Shown piece by piece: positions 15,001 through 25,322 of a DNA stretch of 64,000 nucleotides; the stretch's first letter is position 1, and each line of letters starts with the position of its first letter. The position numbers and the translations under genes are program-made. The DNA is taken from positions 3,100,001 through 3,164,000 of the forward strand of contig MU054212.1 of the NCBI GenBank assembly GCA_013239625.1, read 5' to 3'. The stretch comes from Lama guanicoe. Its lineage: Eukaryota. The notes below the pieces were generated by a model. The model was given only the letters and a program-made list of their open reading frames with translations, was not told the origin of the DNA and ran no database searches.

Positions 15001-16161
15001 GCTTTGAATACAGAGTTTTGATGTCCCCACCGTTTTACTTTGCAACCACGTCATTCTTTGTCTCTCGTGCATTTTAATTCATTAAAATATCATTATGCGC
15101 ACAATGCAGATTATCAAGAAACGTCATGAGAAGTGGGACAGGAGCAGTGATCGGGACTGGTGGGACCAGTTCACGCCTTCTAGAATGAGCAGAGCTTAAT
15201 GATTAACAAAAAGTCAGGACTCAACTAGTCATGTTCTTGTTATCGAAAGTAGGTCCCGGCTAATGTTTAAATATAGATAACCAAAGTTACAAACAAACAA
15301 AACCCCCAGTTTTGCCAATAAATTAAAAAAAATTAGCAAAATGGGTAAGTAGTTAAAAGCTTAGATTGTTAACCTCGTGTAGTGTATCTGAGGATGTGCA
15401 CTGAAAACAGATCAACTATTTGAAACCATTATATGGACTTCCTTTCTCTTAATGATTTTTGTATGATGGTAAATTTCCACCCACCCCCCATATGATCTTA
15501 CAAGTCTTTTGTCCTGAACCTCAATAGATGCCTTATAACTTGGATTTTTTTAGGGTGGAACATATATAGGGTTTCCGAAAATTCTTCAAATTTTCTGGGC
15601 TTTAGTTCCATATTACCTTGGACATTGAGGAGGAGGAAGGAATATTATAAATTGGAGTCGAGGTTGAAATCTGGGCATTTGAGATATAAATGAAAACAAT
15701 TCATTAGCAATGACTCTTACTAATATTCTTTTGCCGAGGTAGTTTATAAACAGGGATTGTCTGCAAAAGAGTTTGTTCTATTTTCTCTCTTGAATGTGCA
15801 TAACTCTTTGACACACTACATTTTGCCACTGATAAACTTGATTTAACAGAAGAAATACTCAGGTGAGGATTGACAATACCAATTTCATGGTGGCGAAGGA
15901 ATAAGTTGATAGGTATGTCTGTAAGCTTTGTCAGGCAAGGCTTAACAAAATCGTGGTACACATTTTAAATTGACTGTGAATGAATGGCAGATAGATAAGC
16001 TAGATAGACATTTGCTTTGGGGATATTTTTCAAAAGATTTTTTTTTTTTTAGATTTGAAATTCATGATAGGTTTCTTCCATTCCTCCTTGGTAAATAACG
16101 AAATATGCACTGTCTAGATTAAGTAATATGACATGAAACGACAAACCTGTACATGTCTAGT
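12035..16161 (-). other. AQP4: AQP4 long 3' UTR
   Basis: AT-rich, largely repeat-free stretch between the stop and the distal poly(A) signal. Confidence 0.7.
12054..12059 (-). terminator. AQP4 distal polyadenylation signal AATAAA
   Basis: Minus strand AATAAACTTTTTAATGTTTTAAAAGGGAAGCATCGTGTTTGATGG: hexamer followed by a GU-rich downstream element. Confidence 0.7.
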
Positions 16162-16248
16162 TTATAACAGATCTGTTTCCTTAATGGGTGGAAGGAAATC
16201 TGAGGACAGTTCTAAGGGTTCTTGTCTGCTTTCAGTGCTGTCCTCTAG
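16162..16248 (-). CDS. AQP4: Stop-codon readthrough extension of AQP4 (AQP4ex): X-LEDSTESRQEPLELSSDFLPPIKETDLL-stop
   Basis: TGA CTAG context, then 28 open codons to TAA at 16164-16162; matches the known AQP4ex extension. Confidence 0.85.
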   Translation of the reverse strand, partial: LEDSTESRQEPLELSSDFLPPIKETDLL

Positions 16249-16527
16249 TCATACTGAAGATAACACCTCTCCAGATGGCTCTTTCCCCTTCTTCTCCTCA
16301 CCCCGATCAATGTCGATCACGTGCACCACTCCGGGTTTCAGAATCAGGTCGTCGGTCTCTACCTGACTCCTGCTGTCCTCTACCTCCATGTAGCTCCCTT
16401 TTGTTTGCTGGGCAGCTTTGCTGAAGGCTTCTTTAAAACGACGTTTGAGTTCAACATCTGGACAGAAGACATACTCATAAAGGCCACCCGCGAGGACAGC
16501 TCCTATTATTGGTCCAACCCAATATAT
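16249..16527 (-). CDS. AQP4: Aquaporin-4 exon 5 coding part (TM6, C-tail ending in SSV PDZ ligand)
   Basis: Acceptor ttccccag|ATA; IYWVGPIIGAVLAGGLYEYVFCP...GEVLSSV-TGA; exon sum 32+415+165+81+279=972 nt = 323 aa + stop. Confidence 0.97.
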   Translation of the reverse strand: MYWVGPIIGAVLAGGLYEYVFCPDVELKRRFKEAFSKAAQQTKGSYMEVEDSRSQVETDDLILKPGVVHVIDIDRGEEKKGKEPSGEVLSSV

Positions 16528-16994
16528 CTGGGGAAAGTATGGAAGAGTTTTAGAGTGTAAGTGGAGCAAAACTATTTCTTTGAACAATACACAGATATAG
16601 AGCTTAGCTGGTTTAAATTGAGAGCAAATGTGTCATGCATGAGAAAAAGGAGAATTGGAAAGAAAATAAGAAAATTAAATCTGCATCAGAGATCCATGTG
16701 TTACTAAATAACATTTGAACAGAAAATAAAAAATGACTGTTTCTTCTTCTCTTTTCCTGCTTTCAGTAATTATGTTCTTTTCATTTTCTAATAATCCTTA
16801 AAGCAAAGATAGGCCCTCTTTGGCTGTACTGTAAATTAAGAAGACACTAAGATGTCTTCAACTAAAATAGAAAAAAAAACTCTGGAGAGTACGTATTTTC
16901 TTAATATTGCCATCTTACACTGGTTTTCTGTTGAATCACAATCCTAGTACAGATTGTATCATTTTGGGCTTTAATTATTCAGGACAGCATGACA

Positions 16995-17155
16995 AATGGA
17001 ATCCCAGCTCCACCACTTAGGAAACTTGTGACTGCTTACATCCGTAACTTAACCTCCTAAACCTTGATTTTCTCATCTGCAAAATAGGGATGATGGTAAT
17101 ACATACCTCATGGGTTGTCAGGACTAAATTCAAATAATACTGGTAAAGTACTTAA
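16995..17155 (+). mobile_element. MIR SINE in AQP4 intron 4
   Basis: GAATCCCAGCTCCACCACTTA...TTTCTCATCTGCAAAATAGGGATGATG...CCTCATGGGTTGT. Confidence 0.75.
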
Positions 17156-17731
17156 TAGTTCTAATTTCATTAGTAACCTGTTCCATTCTATGTTTCCTAG
17201 ACAATTTAAAGATGTCTGTGACGAGGCTAGCTATAGGTCATCTTCCTTCTGTTACATGCTTTTCTCTCTAAAATTTGGTGATTTGCTTTAAGAGAAAAAC
17301 CTGATAGTTTGTCCATTAATTTTGCAGAGCTCCTTCATCCTTATGGTTCTTACACTGATGACTTGGTGGAAAAATCTGTTCTGAGTTTATGGGTGATGGC
17401 TCGCTGAGGATGAGCCATTCCAAGGGCTTTAAGTCAAAAACGAGAAATTTTTTATCATATCACTTAAATGTCTACAATAAACTCAGTTTTGAGTTTGGAT
17501 ACATTTCAACATTTGCTTTAGAGCACATGTTGGCTGTGGGATACTAGCCATTCATTCAACAGATAAACTTCAGGAACAGAAACTGTTTCTGGATCATGCT
17601 CTCTGAGCTGGCTCCACTCAGGACTTTTCTTGTCTGAACTCATTTAATGACCTTTGAGGTAGATACTATTATTATCCCATCTGATGGGTAAGACAACTGA
17701 CACTCTGAGAGGGTAAGAAACTTTCTTAAGA

Positions 17732-17889
17732 CACAGGAAACTATATTCAAAATCTTGTAATAACTTTTAATGAAAAAGAATATGAAAATGAATATACATA
17801 TGTATATGCATGACTGAGACATGGTGCTGTACACCAGAAACGACACATTGTAACTGGCTATATTTCAATAAAAAATTTTTTTTAATTGA
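17732..17889 (+). mobile_element. Short 5'-truncated LINE-1 3' end inserted in a minus-strand MIR
   Basis: GCTGTACACCAGAAA.GACACATTGTAACTG.CTATA.TTCAATAAAAAA; imperfect TSD AAGAAACTTTCTTAAGA (17715) / AAGAAAACTTGATTAAGA (17890). Confidence 0.75.
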
Positions 17890-19260
17890 AAGAAAACTTG
17901 ATTAAGATTTCATGCTTAGCAAGCGATTGAGGTGGGATTTCAAGTCTGTCTGATTTGAAATCTCTCTTTTGAACTGTTTCACAGTTTTCTGCAACATTAT
18001 GCTTCCCTTATTGCAAAAAAAAAAAAAAAGATGAATGCTTCTGGCTTAAAATACTCTCTGGAAATTAAGCTCACTTAGCATCCTCATTGCAAAATCTAAA
18101 GAAAAGTCAAACTTTAAGCTGAAGCTGAACACATATACTTAACAGGGAACCTGTTGACAGAGTGGCTGCAAGAACCAAGTGCCTTATCTTGAACATGAAA
18201 GAAACGTGTGAGAGTTTACCTTCTCTGTGCCCTTTCAAAGGAGAAACGAGAGCCCTCCTCTAAATGTCTTTGCCCTCTGTTCCTTTGGTAAGATCTCATT
18301 AGGTATATTCTATTCAACCAACTACAAATCCCACACGGGAGAAAGAGGACTGCTGAAAAATTCCGACACTTCCCCCAAAACACCTGTGGCCAAGACATCT
18401 CGCTGAATGCTCTCAAAAACACATCTCACTTTCAAGTTGCTATTCCCAAAGTCATAATGCCCTTTAAAGTAACTTTTAAAATTTATAAAAGTAAAGAAGA
18501 TTTATTGATTAAAAATAAAGTCCAGAAAAGTATAAAGAGGGAAACTAAAAAATGTTACTACACTACACACAAAATCCACCATTAACGTTTTGTTGTTATT
18601 TCTAGTCTGCGGAACTATCTACAGACAGACTTTAAGTTAGTTGCTAATTTCACACCACTCCTGCAAACTGGATGTTCATTTCCCGATAAAGTAGCAACAA
18701 GGGGAACCTTTGATTCAACCAACAAGCTAAGAATTTTCTTACTATTTAAATTTTAACCCATTTCCTATAACTAAGAAATAATTGATAAAAACATGTTTTC
18801 ATCCACATTTTAAAGTCCTCATGGATTAAAAGTTGTCATTTTCCAAATTTAATTTAGAAAACTGTTTAAATTTAAATTGAATTACAAATCCTGTTTGAAA
18901 GTATAAACTGAACTCAAAGTTGTACTTTCTTCAGAAAATCTACATACTGTCTTTCCATTAAAAATTTCCACTCCTGTTAACGTGGCAAATCTCTGGAAAC
19001 ATAAATGGAAATGTCAGTGGCAAAATGACCAATCTCACGGATAGTATGACTGACTAAGTGTTTGCATGGCTGGGTTCCAAATCTTGCTTTTGATCATTGA
19101 CTCTCACGCTGTTATTTGATGGGCTAGGCTACTGGTAAGAACTTGGTACACTTTTCTTAGGAGTAAATGCACATAGCAGTGGTGCAAGGTAATCATGGTT
19201 GTGTGAGTGTGACTGTGTCAATAACCACTGCATACATGAGATTAAAACATAAGTGACACC

Positions 19261-19568
19261 CATAATGGAAAAGAATCTGAAAAAGAATATATATGTGTAA
19301 TCAGGGGGAAGGTATAGCTCAGTGGGAGGGCACATGCTTAGCATGCATGGGTCCTGGGGTCAATCCACAGTATCTCTGCTAAAGTAAATAAAAAAATAAT
19401 CCTAATTATTTCCTCCTCTATACAAAATAAAATAAAATAAAATAAAAAAAGAATACTTTGAACAAGAGGATAAAGTTGAAAAAAGTAACTGAATCACTTT
19501 GCTGTACATTTGAAACTAACACAAATTGTAAATCAAGTATACTTCAATAAAAAATAAATTAAAAAAAC
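19261..19568 (+). mobile_element. LINE-1 3' end fragment interrupted by a tRNA-Ala-derived SINE (about 19304-19450)
   Basis: L1 tail motifs on both sides; inner GGTATAGCTCAGTGG...GCTTAGCATGCATGGGTCCTGGGGTCAATCC + (AAAAT)n tail. Confidence 0.8.
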
Positions 19569-20468
19569 AGAAGTGACATATACTTACATTCATGAATTAA
19601 AAAGGAAAGGTGTAAAATAGCACTCATAACGTGTAAATGAAAATAAAAGTTAGCCCCATTTGAAGCTGACATACGTCTCATGTTTATTGGTTATTGTAAG
19701 TTAGTGTGTAATAGACCTTCAACACTGCCACGTTACTCATTTAAAAGATTTAAATTTCTTTCTGGTAAGAAACAATTGAAACAAGATTGATTGTGGTATT
19801 TAAAAACGGATACCCCAGCTCTCTGGAAGTGTTGCCACCACATTAATAAGTCGGTTAGGCATGAGGCTGAGAAGTGTGTCTTTTTCTGAAAGTCATTTAT
19901 CTTTCTAGCTGTGGTTATGGTCATAATAGCATAAGCATTTGCAGCATTTATTCCTCACCATCTGCAGTTCAAATGCTTCCAACTCGTATACTATTAATTG
20001 GATTCATGCTTCTGTAAACAGAAAAGGTAAATATTTTTGCTAAGGGCAGTGCTTTTAAGCATTTCTCTTTCTTTTTCTTTTTCTTTTTTTTTTTTTCTCT
20101 TGCAAGTACATTTTTTGTTATTGCTGGCAAGGATTTACTTTCAATTATTTAAACACCATATTCACCTCCCCCACCTTGATTTTAACTTGTTCCAGATAGG
20201 CAACCTCCATGTATAATATATTCTGCCCAAGTCTGGCAGATACAGTGCCCAAAGCAATGCTTAAAAAAAAAGGATGATCACTGAAGGCCCAGAACAGATA
20301 TAAGATGAGACATTTTGCAGCAGATCTGTGCTAGTCTTTATGAAAGACATAATAAGATGTAAAGGGGGCGGGTGGTCAAAGCTGGGAGGAAGAGAAACTA
20401 GTGAGCAAAATACTGAGCAGAAAAGAGCTCAATGATAGGAAAACAGGAACAATGAACAGAAAGGTTAC

Positions 20469-20549
20469 CCAGTGGTTTTCCCAGTTTCCCATGATAACTG
20501 CAGGTCCAAAGGATCGGGCAGGGTTCATGCTGGCCCCAGTGTAATTGAT
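20469..20549 (-). CDS. AQP4: Aquaporin-4 exon 4 (second NPA, Arg216)
   Basis: Acceptor ccctgtag|[30 protein letters not shown]; donor TGG|GTAACC; 81 nt; not represented in this frame in the ORF track, read by hand. Confidence 0.96.
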
Positions 20550-20834
20550 CTACAGGGAAAAAGAACAGAACTTCAGACGTTGCTGACACAGGGCTCCTAA
20601 CAGGTATCTTTCATTGCACTTTGCTGCCATTTGCCGAGTCAGTTACGGGAACTGTCCAGATGATAGCAGCCATATCAACATTCTCATCACAGAGATAGCA
20701 AAATGATCACCTAAAATGGACAGACGTGTCTGGATACTAAAGAACTACAGCTGGGAAACACAACATCTTCAGGCCAGCTCAACGGGGAGGATAAATGACA
20801 TGGATCAATTATTTAAATGGACTGGGAGACTTAC

Positions 20835-20999
20835 TGCAAATAAATGTCCAATTGCAACAGAAATTCCAATTGCTAAAGCTATCGACCCCGTGACATCGGT
20901 CCGTTTGGAATCGCAGCTGGCAAAAATTGTAAACACCAACTGAAAGGTGATTATCAACTCCACCAGGAGACCGTGACCAGCGCTAAGATTTCCATGAAC
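20835..20999 (-). CDS. AQP4: Aquaporin-4 exon 3 (loop C, TM4-5, His201)
   Basis: Acceptor tttccag|GTT; VHGNLSAGHGLLVELIITFQLVFTIFASCDSKRTDVTGSIALAIGISVAIGHLFA; donor GCA|GTAAGT; 165 nt. Confidence 0.97.
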
Positions 21000-21888
21000 C
21001 TGGAAAGAGAAAAATATTCCAACTGAATTAAAGCGAGAGAACATTTTGTACAATAACATATCATTGTGAAAGATATATTTTATCTCTGTAAAAACTGATG
21101 ATTAATTTGAGTGTTCTGTCCCACCCTTAATTGAGATACTTCCCCCCCTCAAAAAAAGAAATAAGTTTCTACTCATCTTGGGCCATCACAAGATTATTAA
21201 TTACTCTCACAATGACCAAGCGGGACTTTGTGCTGAATATCCTTTTCTACAAAGGAAGGAAAATGTGCCACTGCTGCACTTAACTTTAAAAGAGTTTCTT
21301 GAGAGTCTTATAATTTTATAAGGCAATGACTAAATCCATTAATTAGATTTAAATTAATTAATATATATTTCAATTAAAAGTTAAACTGTGTGTAGTTTTT
21401 TTAATCAACGCTGGCGCCGAGCTAACCAACGATATTACTAATCAGCTAAGAACAAAACTCGGATCAAGTGCCAATTTATTATTTTTGAGTGTTTACCCCG
21501 GATGTAGATCATTTTAAACCTCATGCCCATGACAAGAAACAAAAATGGTTCTTTCTGCTAGTGAACCAACAAATAATTGTAATAAAAAACGCCTTAAGCT
21601 AAATATATAGTCGGTGTAGTCACTGGGATGGAGAGAGAGAGAGGAAAAAAACAGCACAATTTTTGTGCTACCCAGACTCAGTGATATTCAAGTCATTCAA
21701 CAGCAAATCATGATTTCATATGATAGATTCAGTGTGGCCAGTATCAGTTTTCACCCCATCAAGAATCAGACAGTCCCTGGGAATAAATTAGCAACTTTTA
21801 GGAAGGTCTCTTAGGCCTCTAGGGTGTCATGTAGCAGTCTATAAAGAGCCTGGAGTACTAGTTTGAAAACAAGAGCTAAAGATGGTAC

Positions 21889-22303
21889 CGTGGTGACCCC
21901 CAAACCCCCCACCACGCTGGGAGGCGTGACCAGGTAGAGGATCCCGGCTCCAATGATGGCGCCCAGGCACTGGGCTGCGATGTAGAAGACAGACTTGGCG
22001 ATGCTAATCTTCCTGGTGCACACCATGGCCACCGTCACAGCTGGGTTGATGTGGCCCCCACTGATGTGGCCAAAGCACTGGACCATAGTGGCGATGCTGA
22101 ATCCAAAGCAAAGGGAGATGAGAACCATGTCGACGGGTAAGGGCTTTTCTGCTCCACCCCAGTTGATGGTGGATCCCAGGCCGAGGAGGACAAAAATGAG
22201 CATAGCCAGAAATTCCGCAGTGACTGCCTTCCAGAAAGCTTGAGTCCAGACCCCTTTGAAGGCCACCATGATACTCTCTCTTCTACACAGAGGTCCACAC
22301 TTA
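21889..22303 (-). CDS. AQP4: Aquaporin-4 exon 2 (contains M23 ATG at 22269, Cys13/Cys17, TM1-3, first NPA)
   Basis: Acceptor ttttcag|TAAGTG; KCGPLCRRESIMVAFKGVWTQAFWK...GGHINPAVT...GLGVTT; donor ACG|GTACCA; 415 nt. Confidence 0.97.
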
Positions 22304-22859
22304 CTGAAAAGGAAAACAAATTGGCCTCAGAAGCTACTAAACCAGGGTTTATGCATTTTGGTGAAGATGGCCCGGCCTGCAGACTTGCTCTACTGTGGGG
22401 AGCCCATCCCTGCAAAGGTTTTTTGCATACCAGGAAAGAGTGTTTCTGGAAAATCTCCTTAATTAATTATCTCCTTAATTAATAGTCAAGAGAGAGTTAT
22501 TCTAACCTCCTTTGGTTTAATATCCAAAGACCATCCAGTTTCACTGGAAAATCATCTGAATTGTCCCTAGAAAGGAAAATGCTTAAGTCGAGTTCCTTAA
22601 AGAATTAAGACTAAAATAGGTTTATCTTGTAATTAACTCCCTCAGAACGAGTTTTGAAGTTTCAATGTACTTTTTACAGGTCATTTGTATTTGGAATTTA
22701 CAGCCATAAAAAAGGGGGGTCTTTTCCAGTTTTGTACTTTACTGTTCAGATGGCATTCTGAAAATGGATTTGTAGACTCTGGATGAAGGGGAAGCCTGCT
22801 AGGAAGCCAGGGAAGCTGCAAGTCTGTCTTTCGAGAAGGTAAATTCATTTGGCTGGAAG

Positions 22860-23530
22860 GGAACTGGACGGCTGGCAGGGCAGGAGCTGGGCCCCGGGGA
22901 CCCGGACAGGGACGCCGCCTCGCTCTCCCCCGCCAGCGGGTGGAGTCTGGGAGCCCGCACGCCCGGTTCCGGGGGCGGCGTGGGGACACAGACCGCAGAC
23001 CGCAGACCGCAGGCCCCGGGGGGAGTCCGGGGCGCCTCCCCGAGGGCGGGAGCGGCCACCCCGGACCGTGCCAGGCTCCGGGCAGCGCCAGGGGCACAGA
23101 TGCAGGGGCCCCGCCAGCCCGCCGGTGTCCCAGGCGCGCCTGGCAGCTCGCCCGGAAAAGTGCATCCAGGCCCCGCGGTGCTTTTGCCGAGTTCAGGGAC
23201 CATCCCTTCCTGGGCCTGAGACTCCACCCCTGATAAAACTTCCCAAAGGGATCCTGGCGGCCAGTGTGTGTCAGCAGCGCCCAGGCACGCTGCCTGCCAA
23301 CTGTGGGTGACAGCGACCTGGGCAGAGCTGCGGGAGGCCGCGTGCAAGGGGGTGTGGCCCGGGAGCCCGTGGGCCTCAAAACAGAAGGCTCTGGACAGCG
23401 GTTTCTCTCTGCTGTCTTCTTCATGGCCTTCTCTTCTGCTTGTGCCTCTTCCTGGGGGGGCGGGGGGCAGGTGTGTGTCGGGGTTGCGGGAGGGGGTGAG
23501 GGTCGGGTGGGGACCAGCCACGCAGCCTTT
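22860..23530. promoter_or_regulatory. CpG island in AQP4 intron 1
   Basis: Abrupt shift to very high GC with many CpGs in AT-rich surroundings; (GACCGCA)x3 near 22991. Confidence 0.7.
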
Positions 23531-25261
23531 GGGACGGTGACCCTTTCTCCCTCCCGTCTACTTTGCTCTTAATGTCCTGGATCTTTACTGCTGAGAAGGG
23601 ATGGGGTTTGAAGATATTAATGCCAGCAGCTCATTCTGTCAAGAAATGGCCAAGATTCTCTTTGGAGGGGGCGGGGGGCAACGACCCCCGTTCCCCCATG
23701 TTGAGATCTTTGCCCTTTTCCTAAGCCTGTGACAGACATGCGAGCAGAGGAGTGTGGACAGCATTTAGCGGAGACTCTCATCCCGAAGGACTGTGAAAAG
23801 GGTTAGGCAAGAAAACCAAGTATTTTAACAGATGGGCACGACGGCAGCTTTCCCTTGGACACTGCTGAGAGAGGGCCCTCCCTTCGCCCATCGCTCAGTG
23901 TCCCCAGGAGCCCGGGTCTGGCTGGGCGGTGGGGAAACGCTGTGCCAACAAGGGGCCAGGGGACGTCTGCCTTGACCTTTAGGATCTCAGCTCAGCCCCT
24001 GGTTTGATACGGGGCTTTGCTTCAGAGTTGGAGAGAGAAACCCACCTTCCGCCCAAGCCCAGGTGTCTGTAGAAGGGAGCAGCCGGCCCTGTCCCGAGCG
24101 TCCAATACCCAAGTGAACTCCTCTAAGTGAATCACATAATTAGGAAAAACCCCAGCTGGGAAGACAATGCCATCACACTCCCTAGAGGAAGAGTAAGGAA
24201 AGAGACAAAAACAGCCCTTGGAACAGGGCAGGGAGGGTGTCCCTGGGAGAGAGGTGAAAAGTCTCCCCAACGGGGGAGAAACTCGAAATCACAAATTGGA
24301 AAGAAGCTTGAGGGTGGCTTCTGAATTCACCAGCAGCCCGCAGCTTAGCCGGGACGGCAAAGGGCAAGGTGTTATGTTAGGTGCTGGTCCTCTGCGGCCA
24401 GCCTTATTGGGAAGAAGGAAGAGGACAGAGCAGGAAGCTAAGGAAGCCAGGTGGGTGGGCCCTGGGGACAGCCCCCTCCCCTGCCCTGCTCATTCTCTGT
24501 GCTTGTCTCCCTCTGCGAGACCCTGTCTAAGAAACTCAGTTGCTCTTTCAGGTTCAAACTTTCATCAGCCAGAAAAATTAAAAACAAAACAAAAGCCAAA
24601 AAACAAAGCCCCCAAATTCCCAAACAGATAAAAATAGTCCTTAGGTGTGCATTTAGCCTTCTTTGAAAACCCATGAAATCTGATCTCTTTGCAGGGCAGA
24701 GTGACCCTCAGGCGGCCGCGAACCCCAAGGTCCTCCGGCGGCATATGTGTCCCTCTGGCCCCAGCGTCTCCCACGGCCCCTCTTTCTGTCTCACATCAGC
24801 GTTCCCTCAGGGTTCACGCTCACTGGAAATGGATCAACACCATTTGTTTTGCTGCTTTTGCCCCAGAACAAAGGGGGTTTGTTGATGTGACCGGGTTGTA
24901 CTGAGCCGGACACATTACTTTCCAGCTGAACCCCCAACCGGATTCACTCCTGAGCCCCGGGTAAGTAATTTTTCTGACAAAAAAATACGACAGCTTAGAC
25001 TGACCTCCGCAGGGGGATTTTCTGGTGCTTTCGCAGGTCTCCAGTGCACGGAGGGTTTTGCCACAAAGCATCCCTTTTCTTCTGCCCTCCCTCTGCCTCT
25101 CTGATGAGTACGCCCAGTACTCAGCCCTGAAAGAACCACGCACCTGCCCTGTGGTTTCCTCCTAGATTCTGCCCGACAAGGCACACACATCTGTACTAAA
25201 AGAGTCAGAGTTTCATCTTCTGGCCCTGAGCATTGTTCTCTTAAGGCAGAGAAGGACTTAC

Positions 25262-25293
25262 CCCCACCGCCTCGCTGCGGGTCTGTCACTCAT
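25262..25293 (-). CDS. AQP4: Aquaporin-4 coding exon 1 (M1 isoform start; MSDRPAARRWG)
   Basis: Minus strand reads ATG AGT GAC AGA CCC GCA GCG AGG CGG TGG GG|GTAAGT; 32 nt, canonical donor; joins exon 2 in frame to give the AQP4 N-terminus. Confidence 0.95.
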
Positions 25294-25322
25294 GCCTCTC
25301 CTGGCCAGAGTGCCGCCCTCAT
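25290..25322 (-). promoter_or_regulatory. Out-of-frame uORF (MRAALWPGEA*) overlapping the AQP4 M1 start (ATGA)
   Basis: ATG AGG GCG GCA CTC TGG CCA GGA GAG GCA TGA; its TGA shares bases with the M1 ATG. Confidence 0.75.

Noticed and set aside
16528..16587. N-terminal part of ORF 16249..16587 (MFKEIVLL...)
   Set aside because: Intronic sequence upstream of the exon 5 acceptor; the same applies to the flanks of ORFs 20805..21059 and 21811..22269
22681..23572. Stack of long ORFs (up to 247 aa) on both strands
   Set aside because: Pro/Arg/Gly/Ala-rich, no recognisable domain, all frames open because of high GC in the intronic CpG island
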